From assembly GCA_963708025.1 (NCBI GenBank), contig CAVPSB010000002.1:64001-128000 (forward strand): a stretch of DNA of 64,000 bases, read 5' to 3'. The notes under the pieces were generated by a model. The model had not been told where the DNA came from. It ran no database searches and was given only the letters and a program-made list of their open reading frames with translations. The stretch's first letter is position 1. The number at the start of each line of letters is the position of its first letter. Shown here piece by piece: positions 1-9,984 of this stretch. This DNA comes from an uncultured Candidatus Rokubacteria bacterium. GTDB taxonomy: Bacteria > Methylomirabilota > Methylomirabilia > Rokubacteriales > DASRDR01. The position numbers and the translations under genes were made by a program.

Positions 1-242
1 TCAAGCGCGTCGAGGGTCAGATCCGCGGCCTCCAGCGGATGGTCGAGACCGAGGCCTACTGCGTCGACATCCTCCACCAGGTGGCGGCGGCCCGGGCCGC
101 ACTCCACGAGGTGGGCCGCGCGCTCGTGGGCGGGCACGTCGAGCGGTGCGTCGTGGACGCGGTCCGATCCGGGAGCCGCCGCGACCGCGAGCGCAAGGTC
201 GCCGAGCTGCTGCGGGTCCTCTCGCAGCTCGACGGGGGCTGA
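1..242 (+). CDS. csoR: CsoR/RcnR-family metal-sensing repressor (5'-truncated by window edge)
   Basis: Frame from nt 3 reads [34 protein letters not shown]...HVERCV, the CsoR C-H-C ligand pattern; directly upstream of a Cu P1B-ATPase. Confidence 0.9.
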   Translation, partial: KRVEGQIRGLQRMVETEAYCVDILHQVAAARAALHEVGRALVGGHVERCVVDAVRSGSRRDRERKVAELLRVLSQLDGG

Positions 243-343
243 TGGGCATCCTGTTCGTGACCGGGGTGATGAGCCTCCTGCTGGCGCTCGTCGGGGGCGG
301 CCTCGTGGTGCTGGCCCGGGCGGCCGGGCTGGCGGGTCGCTGA
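242..343 (+). CDS. 33-aa hydrophobic single-TM peptide
   Basis: TGATG stop/start overlap with cso[34 protein letters not shown]; stops 2 nt before the copA ATG. Confidence 0.55.
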   Translation: MGILFVTGVMSLLLALVGGGLVVLARAAGLAGR

Positions 344-345
344 CG

Positions 346-2817
346 ATGGCCGCCGAGACCCGGTCGACCGTTGATCTCCCGCTCCGCGGGATGAGCTGCG
401 CCGCCTGCGCGGCCCGGATCGAGCAGGGGCTGGCGACCCTCCCCGGCGTGACGAGTGCCGCGGTCAACTTCGCGGCGGAGCGGGCCACCGTGAGCTTCGA
501 TCCCGCCGCCGTCCACGTGGACCGGCTGATCGGCCGGGTCACCGAGCTGGGCTACGAGGTCCCGCTGGCCCGGCTGACGCTCCCGGTGACCGGGATGAGC
601 TGCGCCGCCTGCGTCGGCCGGGTCGAGAGCGCGCTGCGCCGGGTGCCGGGGGTCACCGAGGCGTCGGTGAACCTTGCCACCGAGCGAGCCCGCGTGGTCT
701 TCCCGGAGGGACGCGTCGCGTTGGCCGACCTCCGGCGGGCCGTGCGGGCGGCGGGGTACGACATCCCCGAGAGCGCGGAAGACGCCGCGGCCGCCACGGC
801 GCCGGACCGCGAGCAGGCGGCGCGCGCCCGGGAGATCGGCCGGCTCCGGCTCAAAGTGATCGTCGGCGCTGCCCTCACGGTCCCGGTGCTGCTCGGCAGC
901 TTCCCGCAGCTCTTTCCGTGGGTGCCGGTGGTCCTGGTCGACCCCTGGGTGCAGCTCCTCCTCACGCTCCCCATCCAGGCCTGGGTGGGCTGGGGCTTCC
1001 ATCGTGGCGCCCTCACCGCGCTCCGGCACGGCGCGGCCGACATGAACACGCTGGTCTCGCTGGGGACCAACGCCGCCTTCGCCTTCAGCGTGGCGGTGAC
1101 CGTGTGGCCCCACGCGCTGATGGCCGCCGGCGGCATGCCCTACTACGACACGGCGGCGGTCCTCATGACGCTGATCGTGCTCGGGCGCTACCTGGAGGCG
1201 CGGGCGAAGGGGAAGGCCTCCGCGGCCATCCGCGCCCTCCTCCACCTGGCGCCCCGGACCGCCCGGGTCGTCCGCGAGGGACGCGAGCTCGACGTACCGA
1301 TCGAGGACGTCGTCCCCGGCGACCTCGTCCGCGTGCGGCCGGGCGAGAAGGTCCCGGTGGACGGCGAGGTGGTCGAGGGCCGCTCGACGCTCGACGAGTC
1401 GATGCTGACCGGCGAGAGCCTCCCGGTGGCGAAGGGGCCGGGCGACCGGGTGATCGGGGCCACGCTCAACCGGACTGGCGGCTTCACCCTCCGGGCGCAG
1501 CGGGTCGGCCGCGACACCGTGCTCGCCCAGATCATCCGGCTGGTCGAGGCGGCGCAGGGCTCGAAAGCCCCGATCCAGCGCCTGGCCGACCGGGTGGCGG
1601 CGGTCTTCGTTCCGATCGTCCTGGTGCTGGCCGGTCTCACGTTCGCCGGGTGGTGGCTCGCGGGCCCGGCGCCGGCGCTCCTGTTCGCGCTCTCCAACGC
1701 GGTCGCGGTGCTGGTCATCGCCTGTCCCTGCGCGATGGGCCTGGCCACGCCGACCGCGATCATGGTGGGCACCGCCGCCGCCGCCGAGCACGGCATCGTG
1801 GTGAAGAGCGCGGGCGCGCTGGAGCTGCTCCACCGCGTGCGGACGATTGTCCTCGACAAGACCGGGACGCTGACCCGGGGCCGTCCCGAGGTCACCGACG
1901 TCCTCCCGCGGGACGGCACGACGGCGGCCGATCTCCTCCGGTGGGCCGCCGGGGTCGAGCGCGGCTCCGAGCACCCGCTGGCCGAGGCGATCCTGGCCCG
2001 TGCCGCCGCCGACGGCGTGACCCCGGCCGGGGCCGAGGACTTCGAGGCGCTGCCCGGACACGGGGTGACGGCGCGGGTCGAGGGCCGGCCGGTGGTGCTG
2101 GGTCACGCGCGGCTGATGACCGATCGGGGGCTCGCGCTCGACGCCCTGGCCAAGGAGGCGGAGCGGCTCGAGGCCGAGGGCAAGACCGCGGTGTTCGTCG
2201 CCGTGGAGGGCGAGGTCCGGGGCCTGGTCGCGGTCGCCGACGTCCTGAAGCCGGAGGCGGCGGCGACGGTGGCCGCGCTCCGCCGGCTCGGGATCGAGGT
2301 GCTGATGCTCACGGGCGACGCTCGCCGGACGGCGGAGGCGATCGGTCGCCAGGCCGGGGTCGATCGCGTGCTGGCCGAGGTGCTGCCCGAGGGCAAGGCG
2401 ACGGAGGTCGAGCGGCTCCAGGCCGACGGCCGGCTGGTGGCCATGGTGGGCGACGGGATCAACGACGCGCCGGCGCTCGCCCGGGCCGACGTCGGGATCG
2501 CGATGGGCTCGGGAACCGACGTGGCGCTGGAGGCGGCCGACGTGACCCTCCTCTCGGGCGACCTTCGGGCCGTCGTCGCCGCGATCGCGCTCTCGCGGGC
2601 GACGCTCCGCGTGATCAAGCAGAACCTCGGCTGGGCGTTCGGCTACAACCTCCTGCTGCTCCCGGTGGCCGCGGGCCTGCTCTACCCTCTGCTGGGCGAG
2701 GCCGGACTGCTCTCGCCGATCTACGCGGGGGCCGCCATGGCGCTCTCCAGCGTGTCCGTCGTCACGAACTCGCTGCGGCTCCGGCGGTTCCGGGCGCCGG
2801 CCGCCCGGCCGGCATGA
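346..2817 (+). CDS. copA: Copper-translocating P1B-type ATPase
   Basis: Two HMA domains (GMSCAAC), TGES, CPC, DKTGT, HP, GDGIND, YN and MxxSS motifs. Confidence 0.95.
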   Translation: MAAETRSTVDLPLRGMSCAACAARIEQGLATLPGVTSAAVNFAAERATVSFDPAAVHVDRLIGRVTELGYEVPLARLTLPVTGMSCAACVGRVESALRRVPGVTEASVNLATERARVVFPEGRVALADLRRAVRAAGYDIPESAEDAAAATAPDREQAARAREIGRLRLKVIVGAALTVPVLLGSFPQLFPWVPVVLVDPWVQLLLTLPIQAWVGWGFHRGALTALRHGAADMNTLVSLGTNAAFAFSVAVTVWPHALMAAGGMPYYDTAAVLMTLIVLGRYLEARAKGKASAAIRALLHLAPRTARVVREGRELDVPIEDVVPGDLVRVRPGEKVPVDGEVVEGRSTLDESMLTGESLPVAKGPGDRVIGATLNRTGGFTLRAQRVGRDTVLAQIIRLVEAAQGSKAPIQRLADRVAAVFVPIVLVLAGLTFAGWWLAGPAPALLFALSNAVAVLVIACPCAMGLATPTAIMVGTAAAAEHGIVVKSAGALELLHRVRTIVLDKTGTLTRGRPEVTDVLPRDGTTAADLLRWAAGVERGSEHPLAEAILARAAADGVTPAGAEDFEALPGHGVTARVEGRPVVLGHARLMTDRGLALDALAKEAERLEAEGKTAVFVAVEGEVRGLVAVADVLKPEAAATVAALRRLGIEVLMLTGDARRTAEAIGRQAGVDRVLAEVLPEGKATEVERLQADGRLVAMVGDGINDAPALARADVGIAMGSGTDVALEAADVTLLSGDLRAVVAAIALSRATLRVIKQNLGWAFGYNLLLLPVAAGLLYPLLGEAGLLSPIYAGAAMALSSVSVVTNSLRLRRFRAPAARPA

Positions 2818-4401
2818 CGGCGGCGCTGGTCCGCGCCCTGCTGGTCGCGCTCGCCCTCACCCCGGCCGTCGTCGCCGACGCGTCCCACGTCGTCTACGAC
2901 GACTCGCTGCGCGGCCAGGTCACGCTGGCCCCGGTGGTGGCCGGCGGGGCCGGCGCCCCCGTGCGGGTCGAGGTCCGCTTCCCCGACGGCGCCCCGGCCT
3001 CGGGGCTCGCCGTGCGGGCCGAGGTGTTCCACGGCTTCGCCCGCCGGGTCGCGGTGGCGTTCCTCCCCGATGGTCCGGGCGGGTACGCCGCTCGCCTGCC
3101 GGTGGACGGCGCGGACGGGCTCTGGCAGGGGGTGATCCGCGTCGAAGGTGGGCGCCGCCCCCTCGTCGCCGACATCGCCTTCATTGTGCGGCGCGAGCTC
3201 GAGGCCGACGTCGCCGTGCTCCGGCGCCCGATGGGCTTCCGGCCGGCGGGGGTGTACACCTCGCCGCCCTGGGTCGATCACCTGGTGTGGGCCGGCGTCC
3301 TCGGCATCATGCTGGGCTGCGCGCTGGTCGTCTCCGTGCGGTGGCCGCCGCTGCGCCCGCCATCCTCCGTGCTCCAGCTCCCCGCGTGGGCGACCGCGAT
3401 CGGCGTGGCCGGGGCCCTGGCCGGCGCCGTCGGCGCGTACTGGGACGTCGCCTGGCACGTGGACCAGGGCCGCGAGACATTCTGGAGTCCGCCCCACCTG
3501 CTCCTCTACGGCGGCATCCTCTCGGTCGTGGCGTCGATCGGGCTCGCCCTCCTCCTGGCCCCCGGCGCCTCCCGGCGCGCGGCGCTCCGGCACCGCGGGC
3601 TCCGCTTCGCCGCGATCGCGGGCGCGGCGACGCTCCTGTCGGCGCCGTTCGACGAGGGGTGGCATCGCCTCTTCGGGCTCGACGTCTCGATCTGGTCGCC
3701 CCCCCACCTCGTGCTGCTCTTCGGGTCGGCGCTGGCGATCCTGAGCCTGGCCCTCCTTAACTGTCCGACAGGGGGGGAGTCCCAACGCACTCCCCCCCTG
3801 GACCCCCCCACCTGGGGGTCGGACGGCCCACGGTCACCCGTTCGCGCTCGTGCTCATGGGCGCCGTCGCGCTCCTGATCGTGAACATTTTCGTGCTGGAG
3901 TTCGAGTTCCCGAGCCTCGAGGGCTGGCACGTTCTCCTGGCGCGACCCCGCGGGCTCTACCCGCTGTTCACGACGGTGCTGGCCCTGCTCGTGCTCGGCA
4001 GCGTGGCGCGGGCGGGCGGGCGCTTCGCGGCCACGCAGGCGGCGGCCGCCGCCTGGCTCCTGCGCGCGGCCCTCGGGGTCGCGCTGCTCCCGGCGCTCGG
4101 CCGGAGCGCGCCGCTCTGGCCGCCGCTCTACGTCCTGCCCGCGCTGGCGCTCGACCTCGCGCTGGCGGCGGCGCCGGCGGCCTGGTCGCTCCGGCGGCGC
4201 TACCTGGTGGGCGGGCTGGCGGCGACCGCGGTGGCCTACCTCGGGCACAACGGCGTGGCCGCCCTGCTGCCGGCCCGCGGCGTCCCTCCCGCCGAGCTGT
4301 GGGCCTGGTTCCCGCTCGCGCTCCTCGCCGGCGCCGCCGCCGCGCTGCTGGGGCTCCGCATCGGGATGCTGGCACGGCCCGAAGCCGGGACGCCGGCGTG
4401 A
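2814..4401 (+). CDS. Signal peptide + YtkA/FixH-like periplasmic domain + polytopic membrane protein with PmoC-like D-x3-H-x12/13-H motifs; apparent +1 frameshift at ~3770-3810
   Basis: ATGA overlap with copA; WDVAWH..WSPPH and FDEGWH..WSPPH; hydrophobic reading continues in the next frame (3850..4401) after G7/C7 runs; GTGA overlap with next gene. Confidence 0.7.
3760..3826. repeat. Palindromic element inside a coding region
   Basis: GGGGGGGAGT-cccaacgc-ACTCCCCCCC perfect 10-bp IR, then GACCCCC..GGGGGTC hairpin, bounded by GTCCGAC/GTCGGAC; resembles the arms of the 12291-12579 element. Confidence 0.6.
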
Positions 4402-5925
4402 GCACCGTCCCGCTCGGTGGCGCCCTGAGCCTCGACGACGTCGTCGGGGTCGCGCGCGCCGGCTGGCCCCTCACGCTTCCCGACGAGGCGGAGCGGCGCG
4501 TGGGCCGCGGGCGGGCCTTCGTGGACCGGCTGGCCGACGGCGACGCGCTCGTCTACGGGATCACGACCGGCGTCGGGAAGCTGAAGGACGTCCGCATCCC
4601 GCCCGACGAGCGGCGCGCGCTTCAGCTCAACCTCCTGCGAAGCCACGCCGGCGGGCTCGGTCCCACGATGTCGGCGGCGGAGACGCGCGCCATGTGGTGC
4701 TGCCTCGCCGGGTCGCTCGCGCGCGGGCACTCCGGGGTCCGCCCCGCCGTCGTGCGGCTCCTCGTCGAGTGCCTGAATCGCGGCGTCACCCCGGTGGTGC
4801 CGGAGTGGGGCTCGCTCGGCGCCTCGGGCGACCTGATCCCGCTGGCGCACGCGGCGCTCGTCCTGGTCGGCGAGGGGGAGGCGTGGCACGACGGCCGGCG
4901 CCTGTCGGGAGCCGCCGCGCTCGCTGCGGCGGGCCTCAGCCCGCTCGTCCTCGAGACCAAGGAGGGCCTGGCCCTCCTGAACGGCACCCACCAGATGGCG
5001 GGCGTCGGGGCGCTTCTCCTCGCGGACGCGGTCGCCACGGCGCAGCTCGCCGACGTCACGGGATGCATGAGCCTGGAGGCGCTCATGGGGACCAACTCCG
5101 CGGCCGACCCGCGGATCCACGCTCTGCGGGCCCATCCCGGCCAGGTGGCGGCGGCCGCCAACGTTCGCCGGCTCACCGCCGAGAGCGAGATCATCGCCTC
5201 CCACGCCGACTGCCACCGCGTCCAGGACGCCTACAGTCTGCGCTGCCTGCCCCAGGTCCACGGCGCGACCCGCGAGGCGTGCAGCGTTCGCCCGCTCGAT
5301 CCTCGCCCGGGAACTGGCGAGCGTGACCGACAACCCGCTGGTCTTCGCGGACGACGAGCAGGTCCTCACCGGGGGCAACTTCCACGGCCAGCCGATCGCC
5401 CTCGCGTTCGATGCCCTCGCGCTCGCGCTCGGCTACCTGGCCGGCATCGCCGAGCGACGGATCGACCGGCTGGTCAACCCGCTGGTCTCGGAGCTGCCGG
5501 CCTTCCTCGCCGCCGACCCCGGGCTCGAGTCCGGCTACATGCTCGCCCAGGTCCAGGCGGCGGCGCTTGCCTCGGAGGTCAAGGTGCTCGCCCATCCGGC
5601 CTCGGCCGACTCGATCCCGACGTCCGGGAACCAGGAAGATTTCGTCCCGATGGGGGCGGCGGCGGTCCGGAAGTGCCGGGAGGTGCTGCAGCGGGTCCGC
5701 GCCGTGCTGGCGATCGAGGCGGTGTGCGCGGCCCAGGCCCTGGATTGCCGGGCCCCCCTCCGTCCCGGGCGGGGAAGCGCCGCCGCCCACGCCGCGCTGC
5801 GGCGCCGCGTCCCGCGCCTCGCCGGCGACCGCGTCATCCGCGACGACTTCACCGCCGCCCTCGCGCCGATCGAGGACGGCAGCCTCCTCGCCGCCGTCGA
5901 GGCGGCCGCCGGACCCCTGGACTGA
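4398..5925 (+). CDS. hutH: Histidine ammonia-lyase with apparent +1 frameshift near 5283
   Basis: YGITTGVG, LRSH (His-specificity residues), GSLGASGDL (MIO), QDAYSLRC; removing one A at ~5283 restores REAC-AFARSILARELASVTDNP..GGNFHG..NQED. Confidence 0.85.
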
Positions 5926-5990
5926 CGGCGCTTGGATTGATGGACTGGCCTCACTCCCGTTCGCCGATGACCCGGAGGGGATTCGTGCCA

Positions 5991-6383
5991 ATGAACATGC
6001 AGCGAGTCGCCGCGGCGATTACCGGGACCAATCTGGTGCTCCTGTTCGCCATCCTGGTGCAGGGAGGGCCGACGGCGGCGCAGACCGGCGCTCCGATTCT
6101 CCGCGGGCGTGCGCTGGAGCTGGTGGACGATCGCGGGCAGGTCCGCTCACGACTCGATGTGGAGTCGGACGGCGAAGTGGTCCTCCGGCTTCTCGACAGG
6201 AACGGGACCATTCGCGTCAAGCTGGGCGCCGGCGAGGGCGGCTCCGGGCTGCTCCTGCTCGACGAGGCGACGCAGCCCGGTGTCCAGATCATCGCGAGAC
6301 GGACCGGCGCGGCCGAGCGGCCGACCACCACCAGCGTCACGCTGACGGGGGTGGATGGCCAGCAACGAGTGATCAAGCCGTAG
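5991..6383 (+). CDS. Hypothetical exported/membrane-anchored beta-rich protein
   Basis: GGAGG upstream; N-terminal hydrophobic segment; repeated LELVDDRGQVR / LRLLDRNGTIR / LLLLDEAT units. Confidence 0.65.
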   Translation: MNMQRVAAAITGTNLVLLFAILVQGGPTAAQTGAPILRGRALELVDDRGQVRSRLDVESDGEVVLRLLDRNGTIRVKLGAGEGGSGLLLLDEATQPGVQIIARRTGAAERPTTTSVTLTGVDGQQRVIKP

Positions 6384-6412
6384 CGTTCCGGCGCTCACGC
6401 CGATCAGGGGAC

Positions 6413-6892
6413 ATGGACAAGGTCTTCTGGCTCCTTCCGGGGAGACTGGCCGGCCGCCCGGGGCCGGATCGGGAGCCCTGGGACCTCGGCTCGCTGCGCG
6501 AGGGCGGCATCGAGGCGATCCTGTCCGTGAACGATGGGCTCGCGTGCCATCTCGACGACTTCGCCGCGTTCGGCATCGCGTACGCCCGCGTGTCCCTGTC
6601 TCCCAATGCGCCGCCCCAGCCCGGCGACGACGAGGTCTGTCTGGGCGCACTGCCGCGGGCCTACGCGTTCGTGCAGGCGCAGATCGCCGAGGGGCGCGGG
6701 GTCCTCGTGCACTGCTCGTCGGGCAAGGATCGGACGGGCCTCTTCCTCTGCTATTTCCTGATGCGCCAGGCAGACCTGTCCCCCGTGGATGCGATCGAAG
6801 CGGTGCGTCGAGTGCGACCGATCGCCCTGAGCGCCGTCGGCTGGGAGGAGTTTGCCGTGCGGGTGCTGGCGTCCGCGGACTCACGCCTCTGA
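6413..6892 (+). CDS. Dual-specificity/tyrosine protein phosphatase family
   Basis: VLVHCSSGKDRTG (HCx5R) and VRRVRP motifs. Confidence 0.85.
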   Translation: MDKVFWLLPGRLAGRPGPDREPWDLGSLREGGIEAILSVNDGLACHLDDFAAFGIAYARVSLSPNAPPQPGDDEVCLGALPRAYAFVQAQIAEGRGVLVHCSSGKDRTGLFLCYFLMRQADLSPVDAIEAVRRVRPIALSAVGWEEFAVRVLASADSRL

Positions 6893-6902
6893 GCCCCGCG
6901 TG

Positions 6903-6940
6903 AGAAAAGCCGACGCCCCGGGGGGGCCGGGGCGCCGGTG
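6903..6940 (-). terminator. Intrinsic terminator oriented on the minus strand
   Basis: Minus strand reads CCGGCGCCCCGG-loop-CCGGGGCGTCGG followed by CTTTTCT; the stem has a G-U pair only on the minus strand. Confidence 0.55.
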
Positions 6941-7260
6941 ACCTGCCCGGTTTGCCGCGTGGTCGGGAACGCGTCAACGCGGGCAGGCGTTGCGGCCACG
7001 AACAGGAGCAACCGCCGTGCCGAGCGCGCTGCCGCCACCGGACCTCGGCGCGGCGCGCACTTGGCGATGGCCCTCCCGGCCGAGGCGCCGGCGAGCGGAT
7101 GGGCATCTGCCCCGCGAGGGGAAAAGCCCTCGAGTCGGTCGGAGCCGGGTGTCCAGAGCCTCGCGTGCGCTATACTGGGACCGCTCGCCGATCGGCCTCC
7201 CGCCGCCGGCCCCGATTGGGGACGCGATCGCAGCTTCGGCCACGAACGAGGACTCGGCTC

Positions 7261-8265
7261 ATGACGTTGCCCGTCGGCAAGCTCCGGGGAAGCTTCCTCG
7301 CGAGCCTCTTCGATAAACACGTCATCCTCGACCAGCGGGTCGTCCTCGGCCCCCGGGTCGGCGAGGATGCCGCCGTCATCGACATGGGCGACCGGTATCT
7401 GGTGGCCACGACCGATCCGATCACCTTCGTGACCGAAGACCTCGGCTGGTACGCGCTGGTGGTCAACGCCAACGACGTCGCCGTCCGTGGGGCGGCGCCC
7501 CGCTGGTTCCTGGCCACCTGCCTCCTGCCCGAGGGTGGCGCGAGCGAGGAGTCGGTCGAGGCGCTGTTCGCCCAGCTCGGCGCCGCCTGTCGCGAGCTGG
7601 GCGTCTCGCTGGTCGGTGGCCACACCGAGGTCACTCACGGCCTCGATCGGCCGCTGGTGATCGGGACGATGCTCGGCGAGGTCGGCCGGGACCGGCTGGT
7701 GACCACGAGCGGCGCCCGGGCCGGCGACGCGCTGCTCCTCACCAAGGGCATCCCGCTCGAGGGGACCTCGATCATCGCCCGGGCCCGGGCCGCCGAGCTC
7801 CGGGCCCGGGGTCACGCCGAGGCGCTCCTGGTCAGGGCTCGGGGCTACCTCACGAAGCTGAGCGTCGTCCCCGAGGCGCTTCTCGCCGTCGAGCTGGCAC
7901 CGGTCCACGCCATGCACGACCCGACCGAGGGTGGTCTCGCCACCGCGCTGTGGGAGCTGGCGGAGGCGGCCGGGGTCGGGCTCGCGGTGGAGGCCGAGCG
8001 GATCCCCGTCCTTCCCGAGGGTCGCGCGCTGTGCGCCGAGTACGGACTCGACCCGCTCGGCACGATCGCCTCCGGCTCGCTCCTGCTCGCGCTGGCGCCC
8101 TCCGACGCGGGGGTGGTATTGCACGCGTGCGCGCGCGACGGCATCGACTGCGCGTACATCGGGCGCGTCCAGCCGCGGGAGTCGGGCGCGACCATCGTGG
8201 TCGGCGGTCGGGCCCGCGAGCTGCCGCAGTTCTCCCAGGACGAGATCACCCGCCTGTTCGCCTGA
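7261..8265 (+). CDS. AIR synthase-related protein (PurM/HypE/ThiL superfamily)
   Basis: GKL, GEDAAV, TDPIT, NANDVA, GGHTE, MHDPTEGG, DEI motifs; TATACT at 7171. Confidence 0.85.
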   Translation: MTLPVGKLRGSFLASLFDKHVILDQRVVLGPRVGEDAAVIDMGDRYLVATTDPITFVTEDLGWYALVVNANDVAVRGAAPRWFLATCLLPEGGASEESVEALFAQLGAACRELGVSLVGGHTEVTHGLDRPLVIGTMLGEVGRDRLVTTSGARAGDALLLTKGIPLEGTSIIARARAAELRARGHAEALLVRARGYLTKLSVVPEALLAVELAPVHAMHDPTEGGLATALWELAEAAGVGLAVEAERIPVLPEGRALCAEYGLDPLGTIASGSLLLALAPSDAGVVLHACARDGIDCAYIGRVQPRESGATIVVGGRARELPQFSQDEITRLFA

Positions 8266-8271
8266 GCCGCG

Positions 8272-9888
8272 ATGGCCCAGCCCGGCTACGCGTATCGCCC
8301 GGTCGCCTACGGCGCCCAGGGTCTCGTCGCCGCCGCCCATCCCTCCGCCACGCTCGCCGGCCTCGAGGTGCTCAAGGGCGGGGGCAACGTCGTCGACGCC
8401 GCCCTCGCCGTGAACGCGGTCCTGGCGGTCGTGCAGCCGCACATGTGCGGCCTCGGCGGTGACCTCTTCGCGCTCCTGTACCACGCGCCGACCGGCGAGG
8501 TCGTCTTCCTCAACGGCGCCGGCCGGTCCGGCTCCGGCGCCGGCGTGGAGGCGATCCGGGAGCGCGGTCTCCCGGCCATCCCGTTCATCGGGCCTCTGGC
8601 GGTCTCGGTGCCGGGCTGCGTCGATGCCTGGGCTGCCCTCGGCGGCCGCTACGGCACCCTCGGCCTCGGTGAGCTCCTGAAGCCGGCGATCGCCCTGGCT
8701 GCCGACGGCTTCCCGGTGAGCGATCTCCTCGCCCAGACAATCCGCGAGCGTGCCCCGGTGATCGAGGATCCGGAGTGGCATCGCATCTACGCCCCGGGCG
8801 GCGAGGCCCCGAGGGCCGGGGACCGCCTGCGCCAGCCGGACCTGGCGCGGAGCCTGTCCCTCGTCGCCGAGGGCGGCGCCGACGCGCTCTACCGGGGGGA
8901 GCTGGGGGCGCGACTGGTCCACCACGTCGCCGCCGGTGGAGGCTTCCTCACGCCGGAGGACCTGGCCGGCCACGCGAGCCGCTGGCAGCCGCCGATCGCG
9001 ACGAACTACCGGGGGGCCACGGTCTGGCAGACACCTCCGCCGACCCACGGCCTGACCGTGCTCCAGGCGCTGAACCTGCTGGAGGGGTTCGACCTCGGCG
9101 CCATGACCCACCATTCGCCCGCGCACCTCCACCTGCTCGTGGAGGCGATCAAGGTCGCCTACGCGGACCGCGACCGCTTCATCGGCGACCCCGACCACGT
9201 GGAGGTTCCCGTCGCGGGCCTCCTCGACAAGGGGTACGCCGCGCGGCGGCGGGCCCTGATCGATCCCCGGCGGGCAGCGGCGGGCGTCGCGTGCGGCGAC
9301 CCGGTCGGGGACACGACCGGGTTCGTGGCCGCCGACGCGGGCGGCTCGGTGATCGCTGTTATCCAGAGCCTCTACTTCGGCTTCGGCTCCGGCGTGGTCC
9401 CGCCCGGCACCGGGATCACGCTCCACAACCGGGGCGCGGCGTTCTCGCTCGACGCGGCGTCCCCGAGCGTGCTCGCGCCTCGGAAGCAGCCGTTCCACAC
9501 GCTGATCGCGGCGCTCGTCGTCCGTGGCACGGCGCCGGTGGCGGCGCTGGCGACGATGGGTGGCCACGCCCAGCCGCAGACCCACGTCCAGGTCCTCACG
9601 AACCTCCTCGACTTCGGGATGGATCCCCAGGAGGCGATCGAGCGCCCCCGCTTCGTCCAGGGCCGGATGCGCCCGACAGACCCCGCCGACCGGCTGCGCA
9701 TTGAAGCGCGCGTGCCGGCGCGGGTGCGGGCGGCGCTGGCCCGGCGGGGCCACCTGCTCGACGTCGTGGCCGACCGGGCCGTGACGATGGGCCACGCCCA
9801 CGGGCTCACGGTGAGCGACCGGGCCGACGGCCGGGTCCTGGCCGGCGGCGCCGATCCGCGTGGCGACGGCCTCGCCCTCGGCTACTGA
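8272..9888 (+). CDS. ggt: Gamma-glutamyltransferase family protein
   Basis: GGNVVDAA, PHMCGLGGD, GDTT nucleophile, LHNRG, PFHT, GGADPR. Confidence 0.9.
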   Translation: MAQPGYAYRPVAYGAQGLVAAAHPSATLAGLEVLKGGGNVVDAALAVNAVLAVVQPHMCGLGGDLFALLYHAPTGEVVFLNGAGRSGSGAGVEAIRERGLPAIPFIGPLAVSVPGCVDAWAALGGRYGTLGLGELLKPAIALAADGFPVSDLLAQTIRERAPVIEDPEWHRIYAPGGEAPRAGDRLRQPDLARSLSLVAEGGADALYRGELGARLVHHVAAGGGFLTPEDLAGHASRWQPPIATNYRGATVWQTPPPTHGLTVLQALNLLEGFDLGAMTHHSPAHLHLLVEAIKVAYADRDRFIGDPDHVEVPVAGLLDKGYAARRRALIDPRRAAAGVACGDPVGDTTGFVAADAGGSVIAVIQSLYFGFGSGVVPPGTGITLHNRGAAFSLDAASPSVLAPRKQPFHTLIAALVVRGTAPVAALATMGGHAQPQTHVQVLTNLLDFGMDPQEAIERPRFVQGRMRPTDPADRLRIEARVPARVRAALARRGHLLDVVADRAVTMGHAHGLTVSDRADGRVLAGGADPRGDGLALGY

Positions 9889-9984
9889 GAAAGCCGCGGG
9901 GCGGCGGAGGGGGGCGGCGGCTCGGTTACGGACACGGAGCACAGGAAACAAGGACAGGAACAAGCACCGGGAACAAGTGAATGT

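Noticed and set aside
5270-5300. Programmed frameshift in hutH
   Set aside because: No slippery sequence is evident; a single-base error or mutation is simpler
918-6383. 1821-aa ORF as a giant multidomain protein
   Set aside because: It is an off-frame shadow of copA joined to the real 2814 gene, hutH and the 5991 gene through frameshifts and the scarcity of stops in high-GC DNA
7025-7055. Minus-strand AGGTCCGG..GCAGC as SRP (4.5S) RNA
   Set aside because: Lacks the GNRA-capped UCC-GGAA-GGA-AGCA helix
7261-8265. Assigning hypE or thiL
   Set aside because: No hydrogenase or thiamine context, and it lacks the HypE C-terminal PRIC motif
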